Shown here: one piece after another, positions 1-9,585 of the stretch | Position numbering within the stretch: position 1 is the stretch's first letter | How the letters are laid out: the number at the start of each line of letters is the position of its first letter | Source of the DNA: a virus | Taxonomy: Duplodnaviria; Caudoviricetes | Direction: 5' to 3' (one strand) | IMG/VR virus record: IMGVR_UViG_3300011258_000154 | Location: 1 to 50,366 of that record | DNA length: 50,366 bases | Position numbers and translations under genes: made by a program | Notes under the pieces: generated by a model | What the model saw: the letters and a program-made list of their open reading frames with translations, nothing else | Database searches by the model: none | Told to the model about the DNA's origin: nothing

Positions 1-423
1 AGCAATTCCATTCGGCCCTTTCTCGCAGTTCCATGAGAAACAATTACTAGCCCTAGCACCTTGCTTCAAACTCGCATCACACTTCTGGACAACAACTTTC
101 ATGTTGCGTGGAAGTTTACTGAAGTTACTCGCCTCCTGTGGATACATACTTAGTGGAGCAAATAAACTCCAGACATGTTCACTGTCAGTCGGTTGACACG
201 AACCTTGCATGTTGCCCATCGTGGTATCGGCAATAGACTCACCAAATAATATTGGACACTTACACGTTACCTCTGGATATACATCTCCAGAATTAGCCAC
301 GATCCTCCGACCTGTGGGTTGACATGTAGATGCCGCGCAGAGTGCGTACTCTCCCTTGCAAATAGTTAAATCTGCGTAAGCAGGTGACACCATTAAAGCT
401 AATAATACTATTAAATATTTCAT
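1..423 (-). CDS. Cys-rich secreted protein (3' end runs off the window; not in ORF track)
   Basis: Manual translation from ATG at 423: MKYLIVLLALMVSPAYA|DLTICKGEYALCAASTCQPTG...; signal peptide with AYA cleavage site, many Cys, open to position 1; AAGGA upstream. Confidence 0.75.
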   Translation of the reverse strand, partial: MKYLIVLLALMVSPAYADLTICKGEYALCAASTCQPTGRRIVANSGDVYPEVTCKCPILFGESIADTTMGNMQGSCQPTDSEHVWSLFAPLSMYPQEASNFSKLPRNMKVVVQKCDASLKQGARASNCFSWNCEKGPNGIA

Positions 424-459
424 TTACTTTCCTTTTTCTGCAAATGCTGATCCTGTTAG

Positions 460-561
460 TTAAATGCAGGGCGGCTCACACATCATTCTATCTACACCGT
501 AAAGAATAACAATGGCAAATATTGTTAATGCTATCCCTATCCAGATCCATTTGTTTTTCAT
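460..561 (-). CDS. 33-aa single-TM small protein (not in ORF track)
   Basis: MKNKWIWIGIALTIFAIVILYGVDRMMCEPPCI*; AAGGT upstream; fills the gap between co-oriented genes. Confidence 0.55.
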   Translation of the reverse strand: MKNKWIWIGIALTIFAIVILYGVDRMMCEPPCI

Positions 562-573
562 TTTTTTACCTTT

Positions 574-1329
574 CTATTTAAATCCACCCAAGGCTTTCTT
601 AATCTGATCTTCCATGTCAGCCATGAGGTCTTTTCTTAATTGATCTTGAGCCTCAGTCAGTTCATCCTTTAACTTCCTGTTCGCCTTAACAAGATCATCG
701 ATTAACGACTGTGTCTCGGCTAGTTTAGTATCAAGGCGATCTACAATCCTATCTCTTCGCTCCTCTGAGCTTGCTATCAGCCCTCGAATAATTGTCACAT
801 TATCTGAGCTAACTTTATTTACATCCTCGACTGACTGCCTATTCCTAGCGTCTTGCTTCTCAAGTCGAACCTCTTGCTTGCTTAGATTGGCGTTCAGCTT
901 ATCTGAGGTCACCTCAATATGATTGTTTAATTCAGCTACATCTTGGTTCAAATCCATGCGTAGGTCGTGGATGTCAGTTTGGAGATTTGCGGAAATGGCC
1001 TTTACACTGTTGATCTGTTCTCGAATAACTGCCGAAGTCGCCTCGTCAACTTCCTTCAAAACCTTGAACTCTTTCTCTACAATTGAGAAGTCTTGCTCAA
1101 CCATTTTAAGCTCGGCATTTGTTTCGCTGATGTGAGACTCTATCCATCCCATATCAGGGCTGACATATTCCTGTACGGCCTTTTTCATGTCTTCGTAATC
1201 TTTGTAAAATTCAAAGACCGCCCAAGATCCACCTGCAAGTGTACCCATCAAAGGTAAAATCCAAATGAGCTTACCGAGGAAACCTTTGCCAGATACCTTT
1301 ACACCGCCATACTCTATTTCACTGCTCAT
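574..1329 (-). CDS. membrane-anchored coiled-coil protein
   Basis: N-terminal TM segment (LIWILPLMGTLAGGSWAVF) followed by a long heptad-rich region; AGGAG RBS. Confidence 0.7.
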   Translation of the reverse strand: MSSEIEYGGVKVSGKGFLGKLIWILPLMGTLAGGSWAVFEFYKDYEDMKKAVQEYVSPDMGWIESHISETNAELKMVEQDFSIVEKEFKVLKEVDEATSAVIREQINSVKAISANLQTDIHDLRMDLNQDVAELNNHIEVTSDKLNANLSKQEVRLEKQDARNRQSVEDVNKVSSDNVTIIRGLIASSEERRDRIVDRLDTKLAETQSLIDDLVKANRKLKDELTEAQDQLRKDLMADMEDQIKKALGGFK

Positions 1330-1338
1330 AACCTTCTC

Positions 1339-3009
1339 CTACTTATATTGTAGCTCTATCATTTCATTCATAGTCTGGCTTCCAGAACCAAAGAATGCAA
1401 ACGCATTTGGACTAGCCCCCAAGTCACCGTCAGGGATTGACGGCAAATTAGAAAAGAAACCTTGTATATCTTGTAACTGATTTTGATTTAAAAAGAAATC
1501 CTTAGCGTTGCCACTGACAACTTGCATAATAATGAGTGTCTTCTGTTGAGATGTATCGTCATAGTAACTTGACTTGGACTTCATCTTCTTAACGATCTTA
1601 CTTGCGGCCTTCTGTTTATCAGTCTTCTTCTCTTCTTTGGTTTTTACTTTCTTCTCAGGCTCTTTCTTTGCCACGACTATTTTTTCTTTTTCTGGCTCTG
1701 GCTTAACTTCTTTCTCTGGCTCTGGCTCTACTTCCTTTTCCTCAACAACTACTTCTTCCTTTTCTGGCTCTGGCTCTACTTCCTTCTCTGCGACAACTAC
1801 TTCTTCTTTCTCTGGCTCAACCTCTACCATCTCGCCCTCTTCAGCTTTTTCAATTACAGGAGTTATCTCTGGCTCTGGCTCTGCTATTGGATCGGGAGGT
1901 TTAGTATCTATATCTATCTGTGACTCTATCTCAGCCTCTATATTTGTTTCGATTGCATCTATATCTATATTGGTATTTGTATCTGGCATTTCAAATGCAG
2001 GGATCTCTACCTCAAATGTAGGTATTTCATCAAAGCCAGCCACAATATCATCTATCTCAGCCTCAACGCTATCCATGTCAGAGTAGTCTTCTGTGTCTTC
2101 AGTAATTGGCGTTATCTCAATAAAGCCACCATCTGTCTCTTCAAAATCATTATTACCTATTAAATCCTCTACTAATTCTAACTCGGTATCTCCACCAATA
2201 TTAAGACTGACCCACTGCTCGACAGTTGTAATAGAGTTCGTAATAACCTGACTAATAACATTCCAGATTGTATTGATACTAACATCATCAAATACAGGCC
2301 CTATGGATAAATTGATATCTCGGCCGCCAATTTCCACGATAAGTGAGGTCAAGCTACCACCAAAATCAAACCCACCCGAATAGGATGCGTATCCTGTGTC
2401 TACACCTGCCGCAGATAAGACATCCGTACCAGCAAACTTAACTGAAGATCCATCTTTGCCTGTGATGTGCATGTATATGGAGTCAGCCGCGTCTTGCTTG
2501 TCTACTTTAATAGTATACGTTGTCTTGCCTCCATTGCTAATATTTAAATCTGATATATCAATAGTCTGTATAAATGTAGTTCCCATACCACTGACACCCA
2601 TCGTGGAGGTGCTATTACCAGAGCCTGTTATCTGAGCGCACTTATCTGCGCCAAGCTGACCACACGTAGATCCTGTTGACATACTAGCAGGCCCTTGGCC
2701 GCCCCAATCATAGTCCATAGCCCCTTTTTTCGTAGATGACACATAGGTAGAGTCAGATGCTAAAATGTCTCCAGAGTCTGTATTAACAACAGTGTCCACC
2801 GTTGTTTCTGTGTCCGTTGTTGTTATCGTTGTAATCCCACCATTTTCAGAATAACTTTCTTCAGTTACTGTTTCAATAATGGTGTAAGCTACATCTGGGG
2901 TGCATAGGCCGACTACATCCGTTGGACAGTTTATGTCTGCCTTAGAGGATGAGCAGTATAGTAACAATGCTAAGAAGCAGGCCACCTTTCTTACTGGTTG
3001 ATTTCTCAT
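1339..3009 (-). CDS. secreted protein: beta-rich N-domain, acidic/EPEPEK linker
   Basis: Signal peptide, Thr/Gly/Ser-rich domain, repeated EPEPEKEEVVV units, Lys-rich segment. Confidence 0.7.
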   Translation of the reverse strand: MRNQPVRKVACFLALLLYCSSSKADINCPTDVVGLCTPDVAYTIIETVTEESYSENGGITTITTTDTETTVDTVVNTDSGDILASDSTYVSSTKKGAMDYDWGGQGPASMSTGSTCGQLGADKCAQITGSGNSTSTMGVSGMGTTFIQTIDISDLNISNGGKTTYTIKVDKQDAADSIYMHITGKDGSSVKFAGTDVLSAAGVDTGYASYSGGFDFGGSLTSLIVEIGGRDINLSIGPVFDDVSINTIWNVISQVITNSITTVEQWVSLNIGGDTELELVEDLIGNNDFEETDGGFIEITPITEDTEDYSDMDSVEAEIDDIVAGFDEIPTFEVEIPAFEMPDTNTNIDIDAIETNIEAEIESQIDIDTKPPDPIAEPEPEITPVIEKAEEGEMVEVEPEKEEVVVAEKEVEPEPEKEEVVVEEKEVEPEPEKEVKPEPEKEKIVVAKKEPEKKVKTKEEKKTDKQKAASKIVKKMKSKSSYYDDTSQQKTLIIMQVVSGNAKDFFLNQNQLQDIQGFFSNLPSIPDGDLGASPNAFAFFGSGSQTMNEMIELQYK

Positions 3010-3640
3010 CCTTATTCTCTTTCTTAGATTTTTGTTTCTTAGCCTTTTCTCTCAGTTCTTTTTTCTTAGCCTTCTCAGCCGCTTTTTCCTTTTCGGCCCT
3101 TACTACATTGGCTGTTTCAATCATTTTTCGAAAGTGACTACCTTCCGGAATCATGGTTGGGTTCTTCGTCCACATGACTTTAGCCTCTTCGCCAATCAAG
3201 CCCTGGTCTAACAGAGAACCAAATGGACAGGTCGTTCCTGCCCTCCACATAGCGTCAAACACACGGCCAGATGGATCGCCACATAGCACAGAAACTGATG
3301 CCACTCGCAAACCGCTTTGCCCTAGAACCCTAGCTAATTTAATACGCTCACAGTTCAAATCAATAATAGCCTTACCTCTAGCAATGCCGAGGATCTGAGA
3401 TTGGATTGCTATAGAGTTAGCCGTGCCACAGGAATCATTTTGATTAATGTTAATACCTGGCGCACTTGCCGTTCCCACAGACTTATCTATGACAGTTGAG
3501 GAAACTGTATTGGAATCTGCGGCATGTGCTATCTCTGCGTAAAGAAAATAAGAAATGGTAACAAAAGCTACAATAAGCCAAAATATTGCAGTTTGTATTT
3601 TAAATTTTTTTCGCAGTATATTTTTTATTATATTTTTCAT
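2942..3640 (-). CDS. secreted/membrane-anchored Cys-containing protein
   Basis: N-terminal hydrophobic segment ending AHA; TASAP..DSC..NCERIKLAR..LC..AGTTCP core; hydrophobic C-terminus. Confidence 0.7.
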   Translation of the reverse strand: MKNIIKNILRKKFKIQTAIFWLIVAFVTISYFLYAEIAHAADSNTVSSTVIDKSVGTASAPGININQNDSCGTANSIAIQSQILGIARGKAIIDLNCERIKLARVLGQSGLRVASVSVLCGDPSGRVFDAMWRAGTTCPFGSLLDQGLIGEEAKVMWTKNPTMIPEGSHFRKMIETANVVRAEKEKAAEKAKKKELREKAKKQKSKKENKDEKSTSKKGGLLLSIVTILLIL

Positions 3641-3643
3641 TGT

Positions 3644-3772
3644 CTAACTCCCCCAAGTGCAAATATTACTTATTGGGAACACTTCACAGTTTAAATTAGC
3701 ACATGATCCAAGAATTAACAAGAAACACAGTAATCCCCACAAAGAGAAGTCGGGCTTCCACTTACCTTGCAT
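3644..3772 (-). CDS. small predicted lipoprotein, 42 aa (not in ORF track)
   Basis: MQGKWKPDFSLWGLLCFLLILGSCANLNCEVFPISNICTWGS*; lipobox-like LGS-C after a hydrophobic stretch; fills the gap. Confidence 0.55.
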   Translation of the reverse strand: MQGKWKPDFSLWGLLCFLLILGSCANLNCEVFPISNICTWGS

Positions 3773-5864
3773 TACTCGCGGCCAGTATTTTCTTTTTCTC
3801 AGCGTTACTAGCACCACTTATAATTTCGTCTAATGATGTAGAGGCATTAGCTGGTGGTGCAACATATCTAGATAAGTTTTCAGAAGCATCAGATTCAACT
3901 ATAGCTCCAGTTGTCGCAAAGCCTAAACCCCTGACGGCTGTTTCTACAAATTTTTCTAAAGCTAAGTCTCTAATCCCTGTTCTTTCTATTCTTTGCAATC
4001 TTTTCACGACATCCGCAGAATTGTTAGATACTAATATATCTGCAACTTCTATCATTTCATCCCTAGTAAGATCTGGAACTTTTCCTTGTATAAAGTTAAC
4101 CATACCTCTAAGTATAGCCGTCTTACCTCCAGTAGCGTAATCCATACCCATTTTGGCCGCAACACTACCACCAGTTTCAGTTCCTACTCTTGATTCTGCC
4201 TGTTGTGCTACAGACGTAACTGATTGCCTTTTAGGATCAACCATATTCAAAGCTCTAATAGCGTCACTAGATCTAGTTATTTTTTTAATTGCGCCTTCTA
4301 AAGAATCTTCTGGATATAATTTTTTAAAGATTGCTTGTGCATTTAAATCTTTGGGAGCCATACTTGTAATAAATGATTCTCTTTGTTTTGTTCCAAGTTT
4401 AAATTTAATAGATTTAGCAAATCCTTGCCTTAACGCTTCTATAGCCTCTCTGCCTCCTCGTTTTAAATAATCTTCTACCATTATTTCAACGTCTTCTGGA
4501 TCTGTTGTAGTTTTTGTAAGTTTTTGGCCATCTAAAAAAGCATTTTTAGCAACTTGTATAGTAGACCATTTTTTTCTTACTTCGGCTAACGATGGAGAAA
4601 TTAAATCAATTGCCTCCCTTAACTCAGTTTCAGAATTTTTAAATATAGCACCTAAACCGCCATTACCCTTTCTAAATGCCTCATCTGCCATGTCTGTTAA
4701 GGCTCTTCTCATTTCTTCCGAAGTTTCAAGATCTACATCTCTTAAAAGTTTGTATGTAGGCTCTTCACCCTTTACTTTAACTATTTCGAAGAGTTTACCC
4801 TTTGCTCTGTGAATAGGTTTTCTTCTAAGGTAGTCACTAATAAATTTAAGGTCTTCACCAGTAGATGCATTTAAAACTCTTTTTATTTCTTCACCTAACA
4901 TTAGGTTATTAAGTTGTAGGTCTATTGGTTTAATGTTTTTATTGCCAGATGAAAATATCTTTCTATATTCCGCAGAAGATAAATTCCTTATTTGAGTTTC
5001 ATTTAATTTTACAGCCTTAGCAATATTTTGGTCAGCTAATCCTGAAAGATCTGTAATTAATCCTGTTTTGACAATTTCTTTTAATTCATCATTTCTAGCT
5101 TTAAGTTGATCTACTATTTCTCCAACTCCTGCTTTATTATAAAGACCTTTTAACTCTATGGCCGCTTGTGGACTTATTTCTGCGATAGATTGATCTTTAC
5201 CAACGGCATCTAATAAATCTTCAAAAGAATATCCTGTTGATCTAGTAATTCTTTTTATTTCATCTTCAGTTCTTCTTGATATTTGACCTAAAAGTTTTCT
5301 TTTAGATGCATCGTATCCTGCCCTAGCCGCTGTGCTTGTTAGCCTGAAAAGACCTTGAAATGCAGGATTTGCCACTGTTCCTATTATGGCATCATCTATT
5401 CCAGAAGCTAATCTTTCTTCAATATCACCTTCTGATGTTCCAACTCCGTATGCATAGCCTTCTAATGCACCAACTGCGGCCATTCTTCCTAAACTTGGAG
5501 TTAAACTAGCCCCACCAGTTAATGGTGCGGTAAGCAATCCAGTTCCTAATGCACCACCTGTTTCGTATGCCATAGCCTCGTAAGGATTGTCTTCTTTAAA
5601 CTCAGCTAATTTTTCTCTTTGCTCTTCTATTCCTGCACTTGCGCCTTTGCCTGTAAGGACTCCTTTAGCACCTCCATATATTTCATCTGAAAAACCTAAA
5701 CTTGCTCCTTGAGCAAAGGCTCTACCTCTATCCGCAATCTTGGTAAAAAGAGATTTTTCTGCCTCTCTATCAATAAGACTTTCGTCTATTTCAATATTTC
5801 CTACGCCAGAGGGAAGGTTTGTTTCGTCATTTAATTTTAGTGCATCTAAGTCAATTCCACTCAT
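3762..5864 (-). CDS. putative ejection (internal virion/DNA transfer) protein
   Basis: 700 aa; AQGASLGFSDEI motif, Gly/Ala-rich hydrophobic segments then helical region; last of three large genes after the nozzle. Confidence 0.65.
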   Translation of the reverse strand: MSGIDLDALKLNDETNLPSGVGNIEIDESLIDREAEKSLFTKIADRGRAFAQGASLGFSDEIYGGAKGVLTGKGASAGIEEQREKLAEFKEDNPYEAMAYETGGALGTGLLTAPLTGGASLTPSLGRMAAVGALEGYAYGVGTSEGDIEERLASGIDDAIIGTVANPAFQGLFRLTSTAARAGYDASKRKLLGQISRRTEDEIKRITRSTGYSFEDLLDAVGKDQSIAEISPQAAIELKGLYNKAGVGEIVDQLKARNDELKEIVKTGLITDLSGLADQNIAKAVKLNETQIRNLSSAEYRKIFSSGNKNIKPIDLQLNNLMLGEEIKRVLNASTGEDLKFISDYLRRKPIHRAKGKLFEIVKVKGEEPTYKLLRDVDLETSEEMRRALTDMADEAFRKGNGGLGAIFKNSETELREAIDLISPSLAEVRKKWSTIQVAKNAFLDGQKLTKTTTDPEDVEIMVEDYLKRGGREAIEALRQGFAKSIKFKLGTKQRESFITSMAPKDLNAQAIFKKLYPEDSLEGAIKKITRSSDAIRALNMVDPKRQSVTSVAQQAESRVGTETGGSVAAKMGMDYATGGKTAILRGMVNFIQGKVPDLTRDEMIEVADILVSNNSADVVKRLQRIERTGIRDLALEKFVETAVRGLGFATTGAIVESDASENLSRYVAPPANASTSLDEIISGASNAEKKKILAASNAR

Positions 5865-5865
5865 T

Positions 5866-7557
5866 TTACCAACCTTTAATTATAAATGTATCTTGATTTG
5901 GGAATGGCTTTACGCCCGTTCTAGAATCTTTTGCATTTAAAACAACTGCACCATTTGGCAAACTATTAAACCAATTATTTCTTTCTTCTGCAAATCGTGC
6001 AGTGTTTGTTGCATTGTCTGAATCTGGGTCTACTTCAAAAGAAGTAAACTTTTCGTATATTCCTTTATCTAATGCATCAAGTTTACCTTGTATGTATTTT
6101 TCACTTTTACCATCATATATAAGTCTTTTTCTAAGCCTAATCTCTTCTTGAGCATTTTTTGTTCTTTGGAACAAACTATACATTGTTAAGTAGTTTGTCT
6201 TTGCAGGTTGATCTAAAGACAAAATAGCTTGCTTGTATGCCCTGAACTCCATATCTGAAGTTGAACCTGAACCCACAGGACGCATTTTTGGGCCTAATTG
6301 ATTAGAAAGTGCTTCTAAATATTTTTGCCCTTCAACTTGTGATGAAGGTATTCCAAAAGCAGATGTTAATAAATTTCTCATTTGCAGTGTTGCGGATTGA
6401 AAACCACCTGTAATACTATGGTCTTCATCATTTAATAACAATTGCATTGCACTATCAAGTACAGGGAACAATTCATTAGCAACAGTTGCTTGATCTAGTT
6501 CAATTTTTACAAGTTTATCTATTTCTTTTCTTCTAAATGAAACTATAGAAGGAGTTTCACTTCCAGAAGGTGTTCTTGCAACAAGCCTCAGCCCTGAATC
6601 TGGATCTCTTGGGAAAAACCAACTTACATAAGATTCTGCTTGTATTACTGGTTTTCCTACTTGATCAGGATCATCTGTAGTTATTAAATTAAAAAACTTA
6701 TTGTAGTCATCGTCATTTTCTTCAACGCCATATTGTGATAAAAGTTTTTTAGCATCTTCATCAGTCTTGTATATAATACGATCTCCTTGCTCATATTTAG
6801 GAGCGTATTTTTTTTCTGCGGTTACTTCGGTTTCTAAATACCGACTAGCATCAACAGATTCGCTGTCTGTTAATAACGCATTTCCTAAAGGATCTATAGA
6901 AATAGTTCTGCCTATAATTTCTTCTACTTTTTCTTTATTATCGGGATTAATAAAAAATGATTTTAATATTTGTTTTGTTGTAGAAACAGTCTTATCATCA
7001 GTAACTTTAAACCCTGCGGCTTTAGCGGCTTTTATTTCGTCAGAGTTCATAAAATCTTTTTCTGGGCCTTGACCCTTATCAACAAGAACAGCTTTATAAG
7101 TTCCTGTAGATGATGGGGTAGTAGCGACTTCATAGCCTTTTTTAATTGCTTCATCCGCACTCATGTAAACGGCTTTACCATCCACCATTACTTTAACAGG
7201 TGCGCGTGCCGTAACTTTGTCAGGCTTCAAGGCTTTAGCCAGTGAGATAGCCAACGGCCCTGTGGCCTCCTTAGCTTTTCGGTTAGCCTCGACTTGCCGT
7301 ATATACTCATCGGCAGTAGGCTTAACGGCACTTGCCGCTGAACTTAATACTGTTGATCCTGGTTGTGACGCATTAGCCGCCATATTAGAGAAGAACTGTA
7401 GGGCAAGCTCTGCGCCTGATATTTCTCTTGGTTGAGGTGTAAGTGCTTGTGCGCCCTCTATTGCTTGACGCGCTAAAAGATCAGAACCAGCTATGCCTTT
7501 AAGAGTACCATAAAGGGGATCGTCTTCTAAATTAGTGTGGCTTACTCCTAAATGCAT
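5866..7557 (-). CDS. putative ejection protein
   Basis: 563 aa; RPVGSGSTSDMEF motif; position in the ejection cluster. Confidence 0.6.
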   Translation of the reverse strand: MHLGVSHTNLEDDPLYGTLKGIAGSDLLARQAIEGAQALTPQPREISGAELALQFFSNMAANASQPGSTVLSSAASAVKPTADEYIRQVEANRKAKEATGPLAISLAKALKPDKVTARAPVKVMVDGKAVYMSADEAIKKGYEVATTPSSTGTYKAVLVDKGQGPEKDFMNSDEIKAAKAAGFKVTDDKTVSTTKQILKSFFINPDNKEKVEEIIGRTISIDPLGNALLTDSESVDASRYLETEVTAEKKYAPKYEQGDRIIYKTDEDAKKLLSQYGVEENDDDYNKFFNLITTDDPDQVGKPVIQAESYVSWFFPRDPDSGLRLVARTPSGSETPSIVSFRRKEIDKLVKIELDQATVANELFPVLDSAMQLLLNDEDHSITGGFQSATLQMRNLLTSAFGIPSSQVEGQKYLEALSNQLGPKMRPVGSGSTSDMEFRAYKQAILSLDQPAKTNYLTMYSLFQRTKNAQEEIRLRKRLIYDGKSEKYIQGKLDALDKGIYEKFTSFEVDPDSDNATNTARFAEERNNWFNSLPNGAVVLNAKDSRTGVKPFPNQDTFIIKGW

Positions 7558-7570
7558 TACTTATTCCCTT

Positions 7571-8770
7571 CTATCTCTTATAAAGTGCGTAGGCTGATGC
7601 CAGTGACCCTAATGCACCAACGCCCTGACCGAACACGCTCGGAGCTTGGGCATACTGTTGCGTCATGTTATATCCGTAATTCTGAGTATTGTAGGGAGTT
7701 CCCTGAAGAACGCCTGATGCAAAGTTAATTTGCTCGTAAGGGTACTGCCTCTGATCTTGGTAATCAGCGTAAGCCATATCCAAGGCCATTTGATCTAAAC
7801 GCCTTCTAGCCTCACCTGTTGTAATAAGACCTGCGGCCGCTTGCTCTCGCAAACCTTGAACCATTGGAGCCATACTTGCGTAAGTCTCTTGCTGTCTTAA
7901 CCGAGAAGCCTCGTCAGTCTCGTAGCCTACTCTAGCCGCATCTTCCGCTCCAAATCTAGCCGCACGGTCAGCTTCAAAGCCACTACGCAGAGTATTCTCT
8001 GCCCCAAATCGAGCAGAACGATCGGCCTCAAAGCCACTACGCATGGCCTGTTCAGCTTGGAACCTAGCCGCACGATCTCTTTCGCTTGCAGATCTGTCTG
8101 CTTCAAATCTATTTGCCGCAAAGCCTAGACCTTCAGCGGCCGCCCTTGACCTTAAATCACCTGCGGATTGCGCTCCCTCAGAACCGAGCATAGCCTCTGT
8201 AATGCCAAGCCTAGAACCACCGAATGCGCCACTCCTAGCCGCACTAGCCCTAGCCATGTTTTGTTGAGCCATAGTTTGATCGCCAATTTCTCTGACTGCC
8301 GCATCTTGCGCTCCTTGGTAAATATCTAAGTAGGGTTGCGCTGTATCTAAACTAAACTCACCGAAAGAATCTCCTAATAATTCTTCACGGGTTGCACCTT
8401 GATAGTTTCCTAAAAGATCATCACGGGTTGCACCTGTATAGCTTCCTAAAAGATCTTCTCTGGACGTTGCCCCATATCCTCGCCCTAAGCCACCTGCCAA
8501 TTCAGTAGCTCTATCGATGTAGGGTTGGTATTCGCCTGCGGAACCTGCAAGCAAGTCTGCCGCCTGTTGCTCTTCAGGAGTTAGCTTAGAGCCATCGTAG
8601 CTTGCTATACGTTGCCCTTTGTAGAGAGGGTAAGGAGATTTTGCTAATTCTGCGGATTGTTCGAATAAACTTCTGCCTGCCGCAGAAACCCAAGCTGGGA
8701 GCGTTGTACCACTTACTGTCTCACCTGAACCTGGTAGGTTGATCGTTGAACTTGCACACATTGCACCCAT
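7571..8770 (-). CDS. putative ejection/DNA pilot protein with internal repeats
   Basis: Ala/Gly/Gln-rich, GAFGGSR motif, repeats ATREDLLG x3 and GFEADRxARFGAE-like x4. Confidence 0.65.
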   Translation of the reverse strand: MGAMCASSTINLPGSGETVSGTTLPAWVSAAGRSLFEQSAELAKSPYPLYKGQRIASYDGSKLTPEEQQAADLLAGSAGEYQPYIDRATELAGGLGRGYGATSREDLLGSYTGATRDDLLGNYQGATREELLGDSFGEFSLDTAQPYLDIYQGAQDAAVREIGDQTMAQQNMARASAARSGAFGGSRLGITEAMLGSEGAQSAGDLRSRAAAEGLGFAANRFEADRSASERDRAARFQAEQAMRSGFEADRSARFGAENTLRSGFEADRAARFGAEDAARVGYETDEASRLRQQETYASMAPMVQGLREQAAAGLITTGEARRRLDQMALDMAYADYQDQRQYPYEQINFASGVLQGTPYNTQNYGYNMTQQYAQAPSVFGQGVGALGSLASAYALYKR

Positions 8771-8771
8771 T

Positions 8772-9212
8772 TTATTTGACCTCCGTATATAGTGATCCTG
8801 CCTTTACAAGACCCAACCTTTTGAAAAAACTGTCTTTCCGTTCGATGTCACCTGAGTAGACATGTCCAAGTTTGACTATGACACTAGCCTCATTTCCAAT
8901 TTTAATAAAGGCTTTTACTAATTTTATTGCAATTTTAGAGTTTCGGCTTTCTGGTCTTACATAAAACCAGTAGTCTCCTAAGTATTCTTCGCTCGACCAC
9001 CAGTCGGAACCTAACATCCCACCAATTGACCCAACGACCTTTCCCTTGATCTCGGCAAGAAGTACAACACCATCATGTATAGCTGAGTTTATTGTGTCTA
9101 AAAGTTTCTTTGTGTTTATCGGAGACACTCTTATTTCTGTCTCAGAATGCATCTGCTTCAACAGATTAAAAACTTTAGATACATCAAATGGTGTTGCCCT
9201 TCTTAATTCCAT
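8772..9212 (-). CDS. GNAT-family acetyltransferase
   Basis: LRRATPFD N-terminus, FYVRPESRNSKIAIKLV acetyl-CoA motif A, FFKRLG motif B. Confidence 0.8.
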   Translation of the reverse strand: MELRRATPFDVSKVFNLLKQMHSETEIRVSPINTKKLLDTINSAIHDGVVLLAEIKGKVVGSIGGMLGSDWWSSEEYLGDYWFYVRPESRNSKIAIKLVKAFIKIGNEASVIVKLGHVYSGDIERKDSFFKRLGLVKAGSLYTEVK

Positions 9213-9584
9213 CTACATGCCACCCAGTGCGCCCATTGGAGGCTCTTCCATTGGCATTGGCTGTTCCATCTCGCCTTGAACTTTATCTATGATTTCACCA
9301 AGTTCGGGTAGAACCTTCATCAAGACTCGCGCCACTTCAGGTGTAATTGCACTGTCGAGTAATGACAGTTCTTCCTGTGACATGTTCGCTATACGAGACA
9401 TTAGAACAATTTCTATTTCCTCGTCAGGCTCCATTAGTGCGCCCCTCGCTTCAGGTGGCATACCTTCTAGTAAGTCCTGATTAGAACCCTCCATAGGCGG
9501 CATATTAGCCCCCTCCATGCTAGGCATAGGTGGGCGTTCACCCATCATGGCCTCTTCCATCATCATTTCATCTTCTACGGCCAT
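9213..9584 (-). CDS. acidic Met/Pro-rich hypothetical virion-associated protein
   Basis: ORF packed in the operon with GGAG RBS; ends PPMGALGGM. Confidence 0.65.
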   Translation of the reverse strand: MAVEDEMMMEEAMMGERPPMPSMEGANMPPMEGSNQDLLEGMPPEARGALMEPDEEIEIVLMSRIANMSQEELSLLDSAITPEVARVLMKVLPELGEIIDKVQGEMEQPMPMEEPPMGALGGM

Positions 9585-9585
9585 T

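Noticed and set aside
41-51. CAATTACTAGC, matching part of the P3/P4 promoter box
   Set aside because: Inside the Cys-rich CDS (A-S-N-C codons) with no -35/-10 context; probably chance
424-462. In-frame LTGSAFAEKGK* after the stop of the 33-aa ORF, loosely like the ITGSAISKTKMK end of the 14409 protein
   Set aside because: Too short to tell readthrough or gene remnant from chance; all other genes use standard stops, so no recoding is claimed
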